Below are positions 18,332 to 32,069 of a DNA stretch of 64,000 nucleotides, piece after piece. Every line of letters begins with the position of its first letter. Position 1 is the stretch's first letter. Source of the DNA: the human T2T-CHM13v2.0 reference genome, Homo sapiens; assembly GCF_009914755.1 (NCBI RefSeq), contig NC_060930.1; one strand, 5' to 3'. Below the pieces are notes generated by a model that saw only the letters and a program-made list of their open reading frames with translations, was not told the origin of the DNA and did not search any database. The position numbers and the translations under genes are program-made.

Positions 18332-18956
18332 TGTAGCGAACATCTGGTGTTTTTGTCACGTAGTATTATTTCTTGCCCTCTCTTTCATTTTTTTTTTTGT
18401 TTGTTTGTTTGTTTGAAAGAAAGGGAAGTAAATAACACTACAGTGGTTCTCTGGGGAATCACTCTTTTCTATTTTTGTGATAAGTGATGGTGGTGAAATT
18501 GATTTCTACTCCATTCTCTATTCCAGTGATCCTGGTTAAGTCATTGTCATATCCCAACCTTTGATAAATAATTCCATCAGAGTTGATGAGATGTGAGGGC
18601 GTTTTGTGAGGCCAGTCAGTAGAAAATGGCTCCATTTCTTCTCCTGAGAGTCATGTATGAGGAGGTGGAGTCAGGACCTTCAGAAGAAAGGCTACCTACC
18701 CTATAAAGGGAACCTAAAACTGCTAGTGAGACCAATATTGAAGCCTAAGGATAAAAATCATTACCACAAAAGGCAGAGGACAGAGATGGACAAGAATGGG
18801 GTCTACTATTTGAGCCACTGGTTAAAAGCTCACCTGGAATTAAATATATGTACCTGGACTTTTAAATTACTAATGAATAGATTTGATTTATATTTAAGTC
18901 ATTGTGATTTAGGTTTTCTATCACGTACTTATGACACAAAGAAATATGACTCAGCT
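18332..18956 (+). mobile_element. Old MLT1 (J/K/L-like) LTR
   Basis: 3' end tttgagccactgg...cctggacttttaaattac...ggttttctatcac resembles the MLT1J/K/L terminus; 5' boundary uncertain. Confidence 0.55.
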
Positions 18957-19052
18957 GGCAGGGAAATGAATGCTCATTCACCAAAAATAATAATTTTCTT
19001 TCTTTATTCACATAATCTATTTGACCACCAAGGAAACTTTTTACTTACAAAA

Positions 19053-19087
19053 GTGTGTGTCTGTGTGTGTGCATGTGTGTGTGTATG
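19053..19087. repeat. (TG)n microsatellite
   Basis: Visible run. Confidence 0.9.
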
Positions 19088-20239
19088 TTTTCAATCAGTG
19101 GTGTGATTTTGTGTGACTGAGAAGCATAAACAGGTGAAGAGTCACATGCAGGTAGGTTGTGACACTTGTAACAAGCAGATGCTTGGTTCCAATCTTTAGG
19201 CCATGGAGGGAATACCACTTTGGTGCTTTTTTTTGATGCTTCACTTAACTGTTTGTTTTACACTGTGAATTTCTTGGATACTTAGCAAGTCTATTTTAGA
19301 GACTTAAGCCATAGTGCACACAGCCTCCCTCTGATGTCTTTAAAAGGACAAGAAACATTGGCAAGCTGCTTCTCTTAGTTTACATTTGGGTACTCCTTTA
19401 TAGAGGGTCAGCAGTGTCAGTGAAAGACCACAAATGGCAGCTGCCTGCAATTTCCCCAATTTTTTATAATTTCCCCTGGCCTTTGCAATTCAAATGAGCA
19501 AAGATGAATTCTTTACAAATGCTTTTTGTTTTTTTTTTAAATAAATGCTATACTTATATTCTATAATAAACACTAAGTTATAGTCTTTATCTTTTCCCCC
19601 AATAACTCCTACCATACTTATGTTGGACTTCCTGCGACATTCACCCCTAGCAGGCAAGTTTCCTTCCACTTTTATTTCTACTTTGGAAAACTGGCTTACT
19701 CTTTGTTTCCTTTCTGTGGAACAGCATTAAAAAGGGCAATTTTCAGAACTCTTTTGGTTTCTTTTTTCTTTTGTTCCTATGTTGAAAGACCACAAGTTTG
19801 TGTCTAATGTTTCACAGAATAAGCATTTTTATTATTTCAAATCTAATTCTCTGAGTCAGGCTTGAACTCTTTGGCTACATGTACACGACTTAAAGGAAAG
19901 AAGTCTTGGAAATTATTTATTTGATTTTAGCAAAGTGTAACTTGTGCCCAATCTTTCAGCCTTCCAAAAATGTCTAATTAGTGAATCAAATTACCTGGAT
20001 TGGCTCTCTTTATATAAAGTCCTTTTTTTCTTCTCTCTGTACATCCTTTTATAAGTAAAATTGGCTCTCATGCTGAACTGAAAATATCCCCTCAAAGATT
20101 ACCAATCCTAAAGGTAGAATCCAGTTTCTAGCCTTATTTTTATGGCACTTCTATTGCACTTTATAACAATTAATACAATCTTTTACTTTAGCCATTAGAA
20201 TGTAGAATCCTGTGCTTTGAATTTTTTAAAAAAACCATT

Positions 20240-21025
20240 CTTCTCTTTTCCTTCATGGCCTCTACTTTTTCTTCTCACATCCCAAATGCAAGCATTTCAA
20301 ATAGTTTCCTCTTTCATCTTTATTTCCTTTTATTTTCTTCATTATTTTCTTCCAAGACTTCAAAAGGTCAATTCCATGTATAACTTCCAAATCCATGTTA
20401 ATCAGCTCCAATTATGCTGAGAGGCAAATCCCAAATGTTCAATGTCTGCTTGATCCCTCAAAAAAATGTATTTCTTAGGCCTCTCATATCCAGTCTTTTC
20501 TCCTTCATGCATACCAACAGATGAGTTCTTTTAAAGCATAGTTCTATTCTTTTTAGATTCTCATTCAGACTCTATCATTGTACACTAATACAATAGAAAT
20601 TTCTTATCACAGCCTTTAAAAACCCCTACTACCTCTTCAACTTTACGGCTTGCTACTCCTCCACCTGAAAAATGAAGATGCTCCACCATTTATTGTCTCT
20701 ATAATCCATGTACATCTTTTTGCCAGGAATAATTTCCCTCCATCTTCATCCACGAAATGTCAGCTGTAATGCTGTTGAAATAGCCAAGCCTTTAGAATCC
20801 TTTCTTTCCCTACTTGTTTCTTTTTTTTCTGACCTCTCATTGGAAATTTCCTTTCTCTTTTTGACTTTTAGTAAACATTGCCTTGCAGTGGTATTATTTG
20901 TGTGTACATGTTCTTGCCAAGAAAGCCATAGTTCCTCCAGAACGAGTAATTAATATTATTCGTTTTCCTTTCTCTATAGTGCCTTGCGAAGGCACTGAAT
21001 AGACACTCTAGTAAATCTTTGATGT
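20240..21025 (+). mobile_element. Degenerate L2
   Basis: Pyrimidine-rich L2-like body ending in gtgccttgcgaaggcactgaatagacactctagtaaatctttg (L2 3' end). Confidence 0.5.
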
Positions 21026-21269
21026 TATTACTGATTATGTGCAAACTTAGTGGTGGTAAGGAACAGCCTTCAACACTTGAAAACGTTTAATTTTCATCAT
21101 AGGCAAACTTCTCCAAATGGGAGGAAGAATTTTCTTCTCACTGAACTATGTAGCGGAAAAGCACTATACAGTTATAAGCCATGTAATAACTCTATGTATT
21201 ATAATATCAGACTGAATTAGTAAAGGAAGTAAAATTAGTAAAGGAGATATAAAATAGATATTTTCTCAA

Positions 21270-21478
21270 TATGCCTTGAATCTAAGGACAGGACTTCACC
21301 TGTCACTGAATAGCTGTGTGGCATTGGTCAGAATATATAATCTCTATAAGTATTTTTTTTATTTGTAGAGGGAGAATAATACTCCATACTGATATTGTTA
21401 AGAAAAAACAGGACAGTACATGTAATGAGGTAAATATAGAGGACATGCTCAATACACAACAGCTACTATTGATATTAT
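21270..21478 (+). mobile_element. MIR
   Basis: tagctgtgtggcattggtc ... tgctcaatacacaacagctactatt. Confidence 0.6.
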
Positions 21479-21641
21479 CATCAATGATGGATTACTTTTT
21501 CTTAGCTAAAACTTACATTCCCTTCTACCAAGCAAGACCCCTGAAACTTTAGATGACTCTCTGGGCATAATTGTCCCTCTCAGATTTATCACATGCTGCA
21601 TTTTCTGCTTTTATCAAATTGCTCATATTCTACCTTCCTTA

Positions 21642-21673
<32 letters not shown>

Positions 21674-21685
21674 CACACACACATA
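21642..21685. repeat. (TG)(TA)(CA) compound microsatellite
   Basis: Visible run; self-complementary arrangement. Confidence 0.9.
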
Positions 21686-21939
21686 TTTGTGATTCATAAC
21701 TGTTCCATTTCTATAGCACAGACCCATACAAATGGAGGCTCTATTTATATTAACTTCTAATGATATAGATGTTTTGATCTGTTCCTCTATATTATTACCA
21801 TGTACATGATAGAACACTGTCTAAATTAGTAACAAGCTTGAGTGCACATTTGAAGAAGGAATCCTCATAAACTTTCATAATGGAGGCAAATGCAGCAAGG
21901 ATAACTTTATGTATGCCATCTTGTTCCATCAGCCATGCC

Positions 21940-22170
21940 TTATAGCTGTTTAGTGCTTTTCAGTTTACAAAACCCTATCCCCACATTATCAACTTTAAAT
22001 TTTGCAAAAACACAATTAGGATGGGAGGGCAGGTAGCATTATTTCAATACTATAAATGAGGAAAATGAAACTCTCAAAGAGTAGCTTGTAAAAAATCACT
22101 TGGCTTGTAATGGAGAATCAGGTTCAGAACTGTCTTCTGACTTCTAATTAAAGATATTTTCACTCAATCT
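21940..22170 (-). mobile_element. MIR
   Basis: ataaatgaggaaaatgaaactc core; gtcttctgacttc. Confidence 0.6.
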
Positions 22171-22844
22171 CTCTAATTCTTAGTGTCCGTGAATCCTATG
22201 GTAAAATTAATCATGCTTGCCAAACAATGGAATTTTAAGACAAACTAGGTAACCTGCTAAAAAATTAATCTTGGTCTTACTAAATAACACAGTGATAAAC
22301 TATTTTCATGGTGCTGTCTATATTTTATGATTAAGTGAGTTTACAGCATTCTTATCTTAATATATCACCCACTCAACTTTCAGTAACTTTGTGCCTTCTC
22401 CTTTCTTCTTTCATTCCTCTGGCATATGAACTGGTTGCAGCTAAGTGAGTCAATCACTATAAAAACAGTTAAAAATATATATTTGATGCAAATGTACTTT
22501 GCACAAAAACAAAAATAGGTGCTGGTAAATGGTACCATTGTATAACCTCACTCAAAAAGTTCTGGTAAAATCTATGAAAGATAGTAAGTACATTGGTAGG
22601 AATTTGCTGCAGCAGTTATGTAGATAAGAAGACATTTAGGTATGAATATCACTGATCAATATTGTAATAGTCTATTAAAACAAAAACAGTTATTTGAGAG
22701 ACAAAAATAGGTGATAGCATTTCTATTTTGGGTATTAGAATCAAAGTCTAGGGGAGACACTGCTTTCTGTTTTTGCTAACAGTTGGTTCTTAGGACTCAT
22801 AATAAGCTAAGGTTATTTTTTGTCCAACACAAATATCATCTCAT

Positions 22845-22965
22845 ATTGCCTTAGTTTCCCTATTAGTAAAATAGGAGTAATAAAACTTACTTCATAGAAT
22901 TTTTGAAGCATAATCACATATACCTGGTATATAATAAATATTCAGTGCATGCTGGCTAGTAGTAT
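22845..22965 (+). mobile_element. MIR fragment
   Basis: gccttagtttccctattagtaaaataggagtaataa core. Confidence 0.6.
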
Positions 22966-23013
22966 CAGCACCAGTATTGTCTTGCCCCTTTCTCCCAAAC
23001 ATTAAACACATGC

Positions 23014-23487
23014 TGTAGTTGATGTTAAAAATGGTCACAATTCTCTACCCTTTCTTATATCCATGTCTTTTGAAATGTAACTTTACAGCTTCTCCCCAGC
23101 TGGCCCTGTGACTTGCTTTGACTAATAGAATGTAGCAGAAATGTCACTCTCCTCTTGTCTCCTGGAATCTCTGCCTCTTCCCTATAAACAAGCCCAGGCT
23201 AACCTAATGGAGAATGAGAGAGCAGGTGGATCAGAGCCAGTCACCTCAGTTGTCCTAAGCAAAGCCATAAACACATCAGATACAGAACCACATTGGATAG
23301 AGCATCCAAGATCAGCAAAGCTGGCTCATAGTCAATATTCAGCTGATGACAGACACACGAGGGAGCCCAGCCAAGACCTCAAGAACCACTCAGATTTCCT
23401 ATGATTTATGAACTATAATAAAGGGTTGCTGTTCTAAGCCACTAAGTTTTGAGATGATTTGTTATGCAGCAATGGCTAACTAATACA
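23014..23487 (+). mobile_element. MLT1 (G/H-like) solo LTR
   Basis: gctggccctgtgacttgctttgactaatagaatg; terminus aagccactaagttttg...ttgttatgcagcaatggctaactaataca. Confidence 0.82.
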
Positions 23488-23806
23488 CAGAATTTGCTGG
23501 CCAAGAATTGTAAACACTATGGATTGGGTTTGTTTTTGTCTTTTCCATCTTGTAGATGGAAACTCTGGGGCAGAATGAAGGGTTGTCTATGATAATGTTG
23601 AGAATAAATGTTTTAAATCAGGTCTAGAAGACTAAGTATTTTATTTGCTATGCTCAGCCAATAGATGATTTTACCTTAGAATTCTGTGACTTGAGAGCCT
23701 GTACTCTTTTTCTTACACAACCATGTAGTGCAGTGTATCAGTATTTGCCTTGAAGTAGGCATAGAGTTTCAGGGGAGGGAAAAAGAGAAGTTAGAGACTA
23801 AACATT

Positions 23807-24157
23807 TTATATTATTTGGCTGTGTCCCACCCAAATCTCATCTTGAATTGTAGCTCCCACAATTCCCACATGTTGTGGGAGGGACCCAGTGGAGGGTAAT
23901 TGAATCATGGGGGCAGGTCTTTCTTGTGCTGGTCTTGTGACAGTGAATAAGTCTCATGAGATCTGATGGTTTTATAAAGGGGAGTTTCCCTGCACAAGTT
24001 CTCTTCTTTTGTCTGCTGCCATGTGAAACATGCCTTTCACCTTCGTGAGGCCTCCCCATCCACATGGAACTGTGAGCCCATTAAACAAACCTCTTTCTTT
24101 TGTAAATTACCCAGTCTTGGGTATATCTTGTTAGCAGCTTGAAAACAAACTAATACA
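23807..24157 (+). mobile_element. THE1B-like solo LTR
   Basis: tttggctgtgtcccacccaaatctcatcttgaattgtagctccc ... actaataca; 5-bp TSD acatt on both sides. Confidence 0.92.
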
Positions 24158-27100
24158 ACATTCAGGGCCCTTTTATTATGAAGAAAAAAATTCTACCCTT
24201 TAGAAACATTTCTTTTTGCTTGGAATTGCTCTGTTTTTAAAACTTGCCAATTCAAAAAAACTAAACTAAGGATCAACATTCAATTTATTTTAACCCAGAT
24301 TTTGCTCAGATGACAACATCTTTTTAAAGAGCCTCCTTTGTCCTAGGCAGAAGAATAATCAAGCAAGAGAAATGATAAGTAGAACTTAAAAAATAACCAA
24401 TACTTTATTCTGAACTACAGAGGATGAACAAATAGCACTTAATTTTCTTCTTTCCTTTCTCCTTCTGGTGAGAAATAGGTTAAGGTTTTTAATGCCTCTC
24501 TCTGAATAGAACCTTAAAAATTGAAACTACCATTTTTCTTCCTAAATTTTCTTAAGATAGAGAAAATATACAAAACATTAGGTGCTACTATTGCTTAATG
24601 TTTCTAAGGGACTAAAATAAGTGACCTGAATAATTAGCTAATTCTCTTTGAGTCTCTTTTAACTTTTAGCCAAACTGTTATGCTATTTACTGATCTCACC
24701 ATAAATATTTCTTCAGAATAGGAAAAGCAAGATATCAAGTTCCAATTCTTCTTTCTAATAATAGATTTAACTGAAATATTTGTGGGTGGTTTAAAAATGT
24801 TAGCCCCACCTTAGATATACTAAACTATAACTTCATATTTCTATAATTAAACAGTTTACCTTTGAGAAAGGTTACTCTAAGTATCTAAGATACTCCTAGA
24901 GCAAAATGTCATCCTCTGGGGGTTCTCCTTGTCTGTTCCTGGTCTTCTCCTGGGGTTATCTAATATCTATGGTCATGTATATATAATGCTGGCATTGAGA
25001 GAGGACTCTGGTCTTTGTGCCATCTATTGGTCTAGGTTAGCCTCTGTCCAAGGAGTGGCTATTGCACCTGAGCTTGGCTGTTGGGCACCAGTGTATGTGT
25101 CTCTGCCATGATCTCCTCATTCAGTGTCATCTATGTACAGCCTGTGCTTCTTCCAGGCCTCTGCTCTTTGCAACACTGGTTGACATGTACACTACATTTT
25201 CTTTGACTCTCTCTAGTCCCTCACTCAGTCCAGGAAGAGCTTTTATTTTCTTCTTGAATGTTGAAAAACTACTTTTAAGCAGCTCAAGGTCAAGATTATT
25301 AAAATCAGTTTTGGAGATGTAGAATAACCTGGTCTTTTTCTCCTTATAAAATGAAGTGATTAGAATGTCAGATGTTACAATTTTTTTCCTAAGAGATAGT
25401 CTAAACCAGTGTTTTTCCTGATGCCAATTTGAGGACCAGGACAGGTTTTTACCACTCCGGTTTGAAATCAGACTGCATCGGACAATCCAATTGATTTTCT
25501 TAAAGCTACATTTATTAGTTTACAGTCTGTCTATCATTCTGAGGTTTTAGTCTTTTACATTTTAAAATAGAATTGTGATAGTAGATTACAATTTTTAAAA
25601 TGGCTTAACTTTGCCAGTAAAAAATTGGCAATATTAAGTCAGTTTCTAAAATATTTTTTGATTACATGCTTGAATTATTTCCACAGATCTTTAAAACCTA
25701 AATTTTCAGAAGCCATTGATTCAACCAATCATATTGGGAAAGCTTATATTAACTTGACAATAACAGTAACAAAAAAACAAAGCTTAATGTGCAAAAAAAA
25801 AAAAACAAAAAACCTAACAAAAAGAATTCTGCATGGCATGAAAAAGCTCCTTATTTCTTTGTAATAGCTATTTATTTGTAATAGCTTTGTAATAGCTATA
25901 GTCATAGCTATTTAAGATTTCCAAAACTATAAAATAGAGGTGATAATTCCATCACATAAATTTTTAAGGTAGATCAAATAAAATTGTATTAATAAACTCC
26001 CTAGCCCATCATAAGAACTTTCCAATAGTTCATATCACCTCCTCTTTTTCACTTTATAAATAAAAGTTGGATATCAAATAAAAGCAGGTGCTTCCTCCTC
26101 AGATATGTATCTTGTATTTCTCACGGGCTTATTTATATCTAGGTTCCTGAAAATTCAAATAAAACTTGACTTTTAAGACAAGTAAGCCACAATTGTATTG
26201 ATTACATTATAATTATCAGAGATGTTTTATCTTTTTTTGAAGTTCTTTAATAGAACAGTGAATTTTAATTCTTCAGCTTAAAATCTTCTGCTTTGCCTCA
26301 TTCCCATATAGTAAAGAAGTTTAAATTAGTCAAACTATTGAGGAAAACAAATGAATCACTGCAAAAGGTAAGATTTGTTTTGTAAATACACAATTGACTC
26401 CATCCCTTTATTTATCCATCCACTCATCCATGCATCCCCATATCCTAATATTCTAACATTTAAAATGTAGATTTTAGTATTTTAAGCCTTTTTCTTTTAA
26501 AAAAATTATTTAAAAATTTTGAACCAAATAGCCACTAAAAGCTTTTGTCAATTAAAGTTATAGTAACTTTTAAAGGTGGGCCACGTGTTTAAACTGACTA
26601 TATAATTGAAATGCACTCTAGTTAGACATACTTAAATGAATACATTGGGTCACATGAGAAATGTTATCTGGCTCAAATATGACCTACAATATCTAGCCCT
26701 TGGTAAGCTGAAGAGACATGCGATGTTTCTCAATGCCTAAATAAATTGATTGTGGTGTGACAGATTCAGTCAGGCTAGGGAAGTTGTTACCTTCCTTTGG
26801 ATATGAACCAAATCCCAGCAGATTAGGTAGCTGTTTTCCTGACATTCAGTGAAATGACCGTGTGAATTAGCTTAGCTGGCTTGCATTTATTTTGAGTATG
26901 CAGAGTATACTGATATAAAGTAACTAATGAAAACTGAGTATGGTTTTATATTACATAAAAATTTGAGGTAACAAGCAATATAAAAAATAAGGAGAGGTCA
27001 TTTTAAACAGCACTAGACACTCTTAAAGCTAAATGTTATCTCCTCAAAGTTTTACTTATATAGATAAATTCTGAACTATTTATTTTAATCACCTTTAATG

Positions 27101-29961
27101 CAGGAACCTTAATTTAATCTGACATAAAATCATTTACTTTTTCTCAGAGGTAAGTAAGAATTTTAATTTCTTGTATTAACATTAGCCACATACACCTGAC
27201 CAGTGTTCTTTCTGTCACAATAAAGAAATTAAAGAACTATATGATATGCTTCAACTCTTAATAAATTATAAAATGACAGCCCTCCTTTAAAAAGATCCTC
27301 CTGTTTTTTATGATTTGATAAGACCAGAATAAAATTTACTTTGGTGCTCCCTTGAAAAATAGTCTGGTGGAAAAATACATTTAACTACCACCTCTGTAAT
27401 ATAAAAAGGATGTGGGCATTAAAAAAAAGTCTTATTCCTTAGAATGAAACAAAATTAATGAACATGATTAGAATAGAAGGATGAAAGCTTTATGAAAAAC
27501 CAATTTAACTCTGACAAACACCTGGCAAACCTGAGCATTTTGTCTATTAACTCTCCAGACAGAAGGAATTATTTTTTCTTTCCATGTTCAAATAGATGGC
27601 ATTTCCTACCCTAACCAAACATCTTAATTTAGCATAAACTTCCTCATACTTGTACCTTTAAATATTATTTGTCATGGTCAATGATACTGCTTTATCTACC
27701 TTGTTTCCCACCAAAAATCTATCTGTGACATCCGGACACGTTTAGGGAATACATTTTAACTGAAGTTCCCATGGTCTGCATCATCTATTGTTTGAAACAC
27801 AATAAACTGGCAGGGAGTAAATCTATAATAAAATAAGCAACAGTTGCTTGGCATCTGGAAACACATGGTGAAATACAATTACTAGGTATTTTGTAGGGCA
27901 AGTGGCTACCTCATACAAACCTTATGTCCATTAGTGACTAGCACAGGTATACAATATTTCTTATTTAATATCCTTCACTGATAACAGCTAGACACAGTTT
28001 ACCTCTCACTGAAAACCAAACATTTCTGTGTCATCCTTCAAGGAACTAAGAAACCATCTTCTGCTTTCATATACAATGGAAAGATGTTTTGAGGACTTGG
28101 TGACCCTATGCATGTTTCCCTTTTTCACAAATGTGACCAAAAAGAATACAGTTTCTTCTAAGAGGGTTCATAGGAAAAAAAATTAAGCCTTCATAAGGAA
28201 ACTAGAGTATTATTATCAGACTCTAACATCAACTCATGGGCAGGAAAACATCTTTTAAAAGCTCTTTCAAATTCTGAGCCAGATGGATGGTAAGAAAAAA
28301 AAAAAGTATGTTTTCAAGTTTTTTGTGACTAGGGTTTCCATCTTTATAATTGCTTGCCTGCTTCCAAACAAACCCCACAAAAAACAAAAGCCCTTCAAAA
28401 TGTTAGAATTAATAGCTGATATCTGTAGGATTTGTAGACATGGATCATAAAACTAAATAAATATCGATAAAATAAAATCTTGATTTCTGAGAAGAAAAGC
28501 ATTTATCCGTGTTATATGTAAAATAACCCAAATGATTAATAAATTATAATTAAGGATATGGAGTTCTATATTTTATACCTTCTAGCTTCCTACCAATAAC
28601 TAAAATTCAATCTTCCATAATTAAAAATTCTTGTAGATTATTAAGGAGGCAGGCTCCCATTCACACACATACAAAGAAAGAAGAAATCTGACTTCTGAAA
28701 AAGAAGAAAGCCTTGATAATCATTTAAAACTGGAACTTTTACATATTTCAAAAGTTAAGAAGTAAAAAACACTACACAGAAAAATCATGTGCCTCTATGT
28801 AACCTGTTTGAAAGCAGGGCAGGAATTTGAAAAACAAAATGCATTACGAAAATCTTAGTTGGGAACTTTTCCATCGCACATCAAGTCTGTTTGCTCAAGA
28901 TTTAATGCTAAAAAGGTCTGCATAAACACTAAATCATGGTTGCTTCTTCAATTATTACCTAACAGTGAGTCTTGACTACTGACTGACTACAGAGAATGGA
29001 ATATTATGCAAATTAGATGAAGGGAAATACAAATAGCAGAACATGTTGAATCATTTTCTCTTAGTAAATTTCTTTTAATTTCTATTGCCTCCAAATGCTG
29101 TTTGATGCACTATTTCTTTTTTTAAGTCGTAATTATTTAATGAGCCACTAAAACATTTTCATTGATTTTATTTCAGAATAAAGTTAGTTTGTATTTTATT
29201 CATCAAAACTGTCTAAATAATAAACCAACTAGTGAAAATTTCCCAGATTATATTCAACTAAATTCAAATGGAAATTGCATCTAATACTTGACCTACTATG
29301 TGATTTAAAAATTAATTTTTAAAAACCTGCATAAAATATAGACATATAATTAGAGGGAAGGAGTTCATTAAATTAAGCAAAATAACAAGAACAACAAAAA
29401 CTTAATAAGAAGAGTGGCATCACAATTGAATCAAAATAGGAAAGAGAAATAGAAATTATAGTTGAAGAGCTTAGAGTTCACTATTAAGTTCTCTTTTACT
29501 GTTGGACAGCCAATAATTTTTAATTTTCAATAGAATGGCTTTAACTCACAAAATAAGTTTTGATTTATAAATACAAGTATTTTACATAGAAAATATAGAA
29601 TTTAAGTAGAGAAAACTTCATAGTAATATCAAAGAATTATCATTTCAGAACTGTGATTTGTTTCCAAGTCAATTTCCCATCCACATCATGAGTCATTGTT
29701 TCTCCAAATGACATTCTTTCCCCTTTAACCAATAACCTTTCTAGAATTAATTTGATTGACCTTCTCACTTTATGTTTTTCTTTCTTCCCTTTTTTTCTAA
29801 CTTGAATTATGTAAAATATTTATTTTTAGTCTCTGGGTCATCCTGAATATGACTGTAGACCATGTGGGAAATAGCTTTCCCCTTTGTGTAATGGGACAAG
29901 CATAACCGGTTAGCAGTTAACATATTACATATCTATTATGGTGCAGGAACATAAAAGTAGG

Positions 29962-30105
29962 AGGTGGTTAAGGAAATTAATTCTGAAATCAGAATTCTTT
30001 AGTCCAAATCTCATCTCTAACACTTACTGGTTTTGTAGTCTTGGGAAAGTGGAATGAAATTTTCAGCTTTTATTTTCTTATCTGGTAAAAGAGAACAATA
30101 CAAAT
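29962..30105 (+). mobile_element. MIR fragment
   Basis: cacttactggttttgtagtcttgggaaagt...ttttcttatctggtaaaa. Confidence 0.55.
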
Positions 30106-30306
30106 ACTTGGCCTAAATTAAATTTATTGGTGATAGAATTAAAGCCTTTATGGAATTAAGCATCAGAAAGTAAACCTAAGATAGAACAATACATTATTGT
30201 GGCAGAGAGCTATTAATTACATTTTAAAACAAACTAGTAGAGTTTTTCACAATTTAATATATATGTATTACAAGTCTAAGAAATAAAACCTATATTTGGT
30301 CCATTT

Positions 30307-30349
30307 TATACACACACACACACACACACATACACGCACACAAATACAC
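30307..30349. repeat. (CA)n microsatellite
   Basis: Visible run. Confidence 0.9.
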
Positions 30350-30816
30350 ATTCAGTTTCTTAATATATTGATTGACAAGTCAGAAAAAATTATTAAAATA
30401 ATATAGTGCAAATGAACAGATGGTGGAGCTACATTTTGTATTATGCTTATTAAGCATGAGCATTTGTGTTCTCTTCTTCAAGAATATATTTGTAGCAGAA
30501 ATTAAGATAGAAATATTTTGCCTTAAACCTCATGGACAATGCAAATATGTAGATGCAAATTGATTTTTTATATCTTTCTTATCTCTAGCATTTCTAAAAT
30601 AATTTGTCTCATCCGTATACAAAAAAGTGATTATTTGTTAACAAAAATTACACAGGTAATTTTTATCAGGATAACAAAAATAAAGATAAACAAAACTGAG
30701 AAAAGTGTTACCAAAATTCCTAGGACCCTGAGATAATTATTTCTAGCAATTTGGTGTATCTCCTATTTGTGTATGATTGTATGTTTCATAAAAATTAGAT
30801 CTAAATATACATATTG

Positions 30817-31125
30817 AGCCAGGCATGGAGGCTCACTCCTGTAATCCCAGCACTTTGGGAGGCCAAAGTGAGTGAATTGCTTCAATCCAGGAGTTCGAGA
30901 CCAGCCTGGGCAATATTGGTGAAACCTCATCTCTACCAAAATACAAAAAAAAAAAAAAAAAAATTAGCTGGGCATGGTGGCGCACAGTAGTCCAAGTTAC
31001 TCAGGAGGCTGAGGTGGGAGGATTGTTTGAGTGAGCTAAGCTCCAGCCTGCACTCCACTGCACTCCAGCCTGAGTGACAGTGTGAGACTCCATCTCAAAA
31101 GAAAAATAATAAATAAATAAATAAA
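30817..31125 (+). mobile_element. AluJ
   Basis: gaggctgaggtgggaggattg right arm; expanded mid A-tract; AAAT tail. Confidence 0.9.
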
Positions 31126-31141
31126 CCTACACAGTATAGTC

Positions 31142-31224
31142 TTCACTGGTGATTCCTCTGCCTAGCACAGTGTTTGACATATAGTAGAGCCTCAATATTA
31201 ATGATTAAATGAATAAATAAATGA
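31142..31224 (+). mobile_element. L2 3' end
   Basis: gcctagcacagtgtttgacatatagtagagcctcaata...aatgaataaataaatga. Confidence 0.7.
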
Positions 31225-31298
31225 TTTCTAATAACGAATAGAGGAAGGTCCATTTAGAAATATTTGATCATGTTTATAAAAAAGAAAATTAGCATTTT

Positions 31299-31635
<337 letters not shown>

Positions 31636-32069
31636 TCAGTGGTGAAATGAATATATTAATATGTAAATTAATGCTACATATAAATATATTAAATATATAA
31701 TATATGTTTATATATTACTATGTTATGCAAACATGTTAAACTACATTAAGCTTTTCTTTCAACAGAAAATATTTTTTCATTTATGTATGTCTTTTATATC
31801 TCACAGAAGAGATATTCAGTTTTCCTCAAATATATTTCAGATATTTTGATTTTTTTGATTGAAGTTATGAAGGAATATAATGGTTACCATTAATAGTAAT
31901 AGTGGTTATCTTGCTTTGTCTTTAATGTCGAGACATTTTAATATTTAATGTTGTGTTGTTACAGTGTTTCGCTGTTACAGTGTGATGCTGGTAGTTGGTT
32001 TCAAAATGTTACAAATGCAAAATGCTTGTTCCTCGGTGCCATAAAGAAATAGCACTCAAACATAAATTT

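Noticed and set aside
18657-19106. 149-aa ORF
   Set aside because: Runs through an MLT1 relic and a TG microsatellite; no recognisable domain
26582-26657. E-boxes CACGTG and TCACATGA close together
   Set aside because: Short motifs expected by chance in 64 kb; no supporting context
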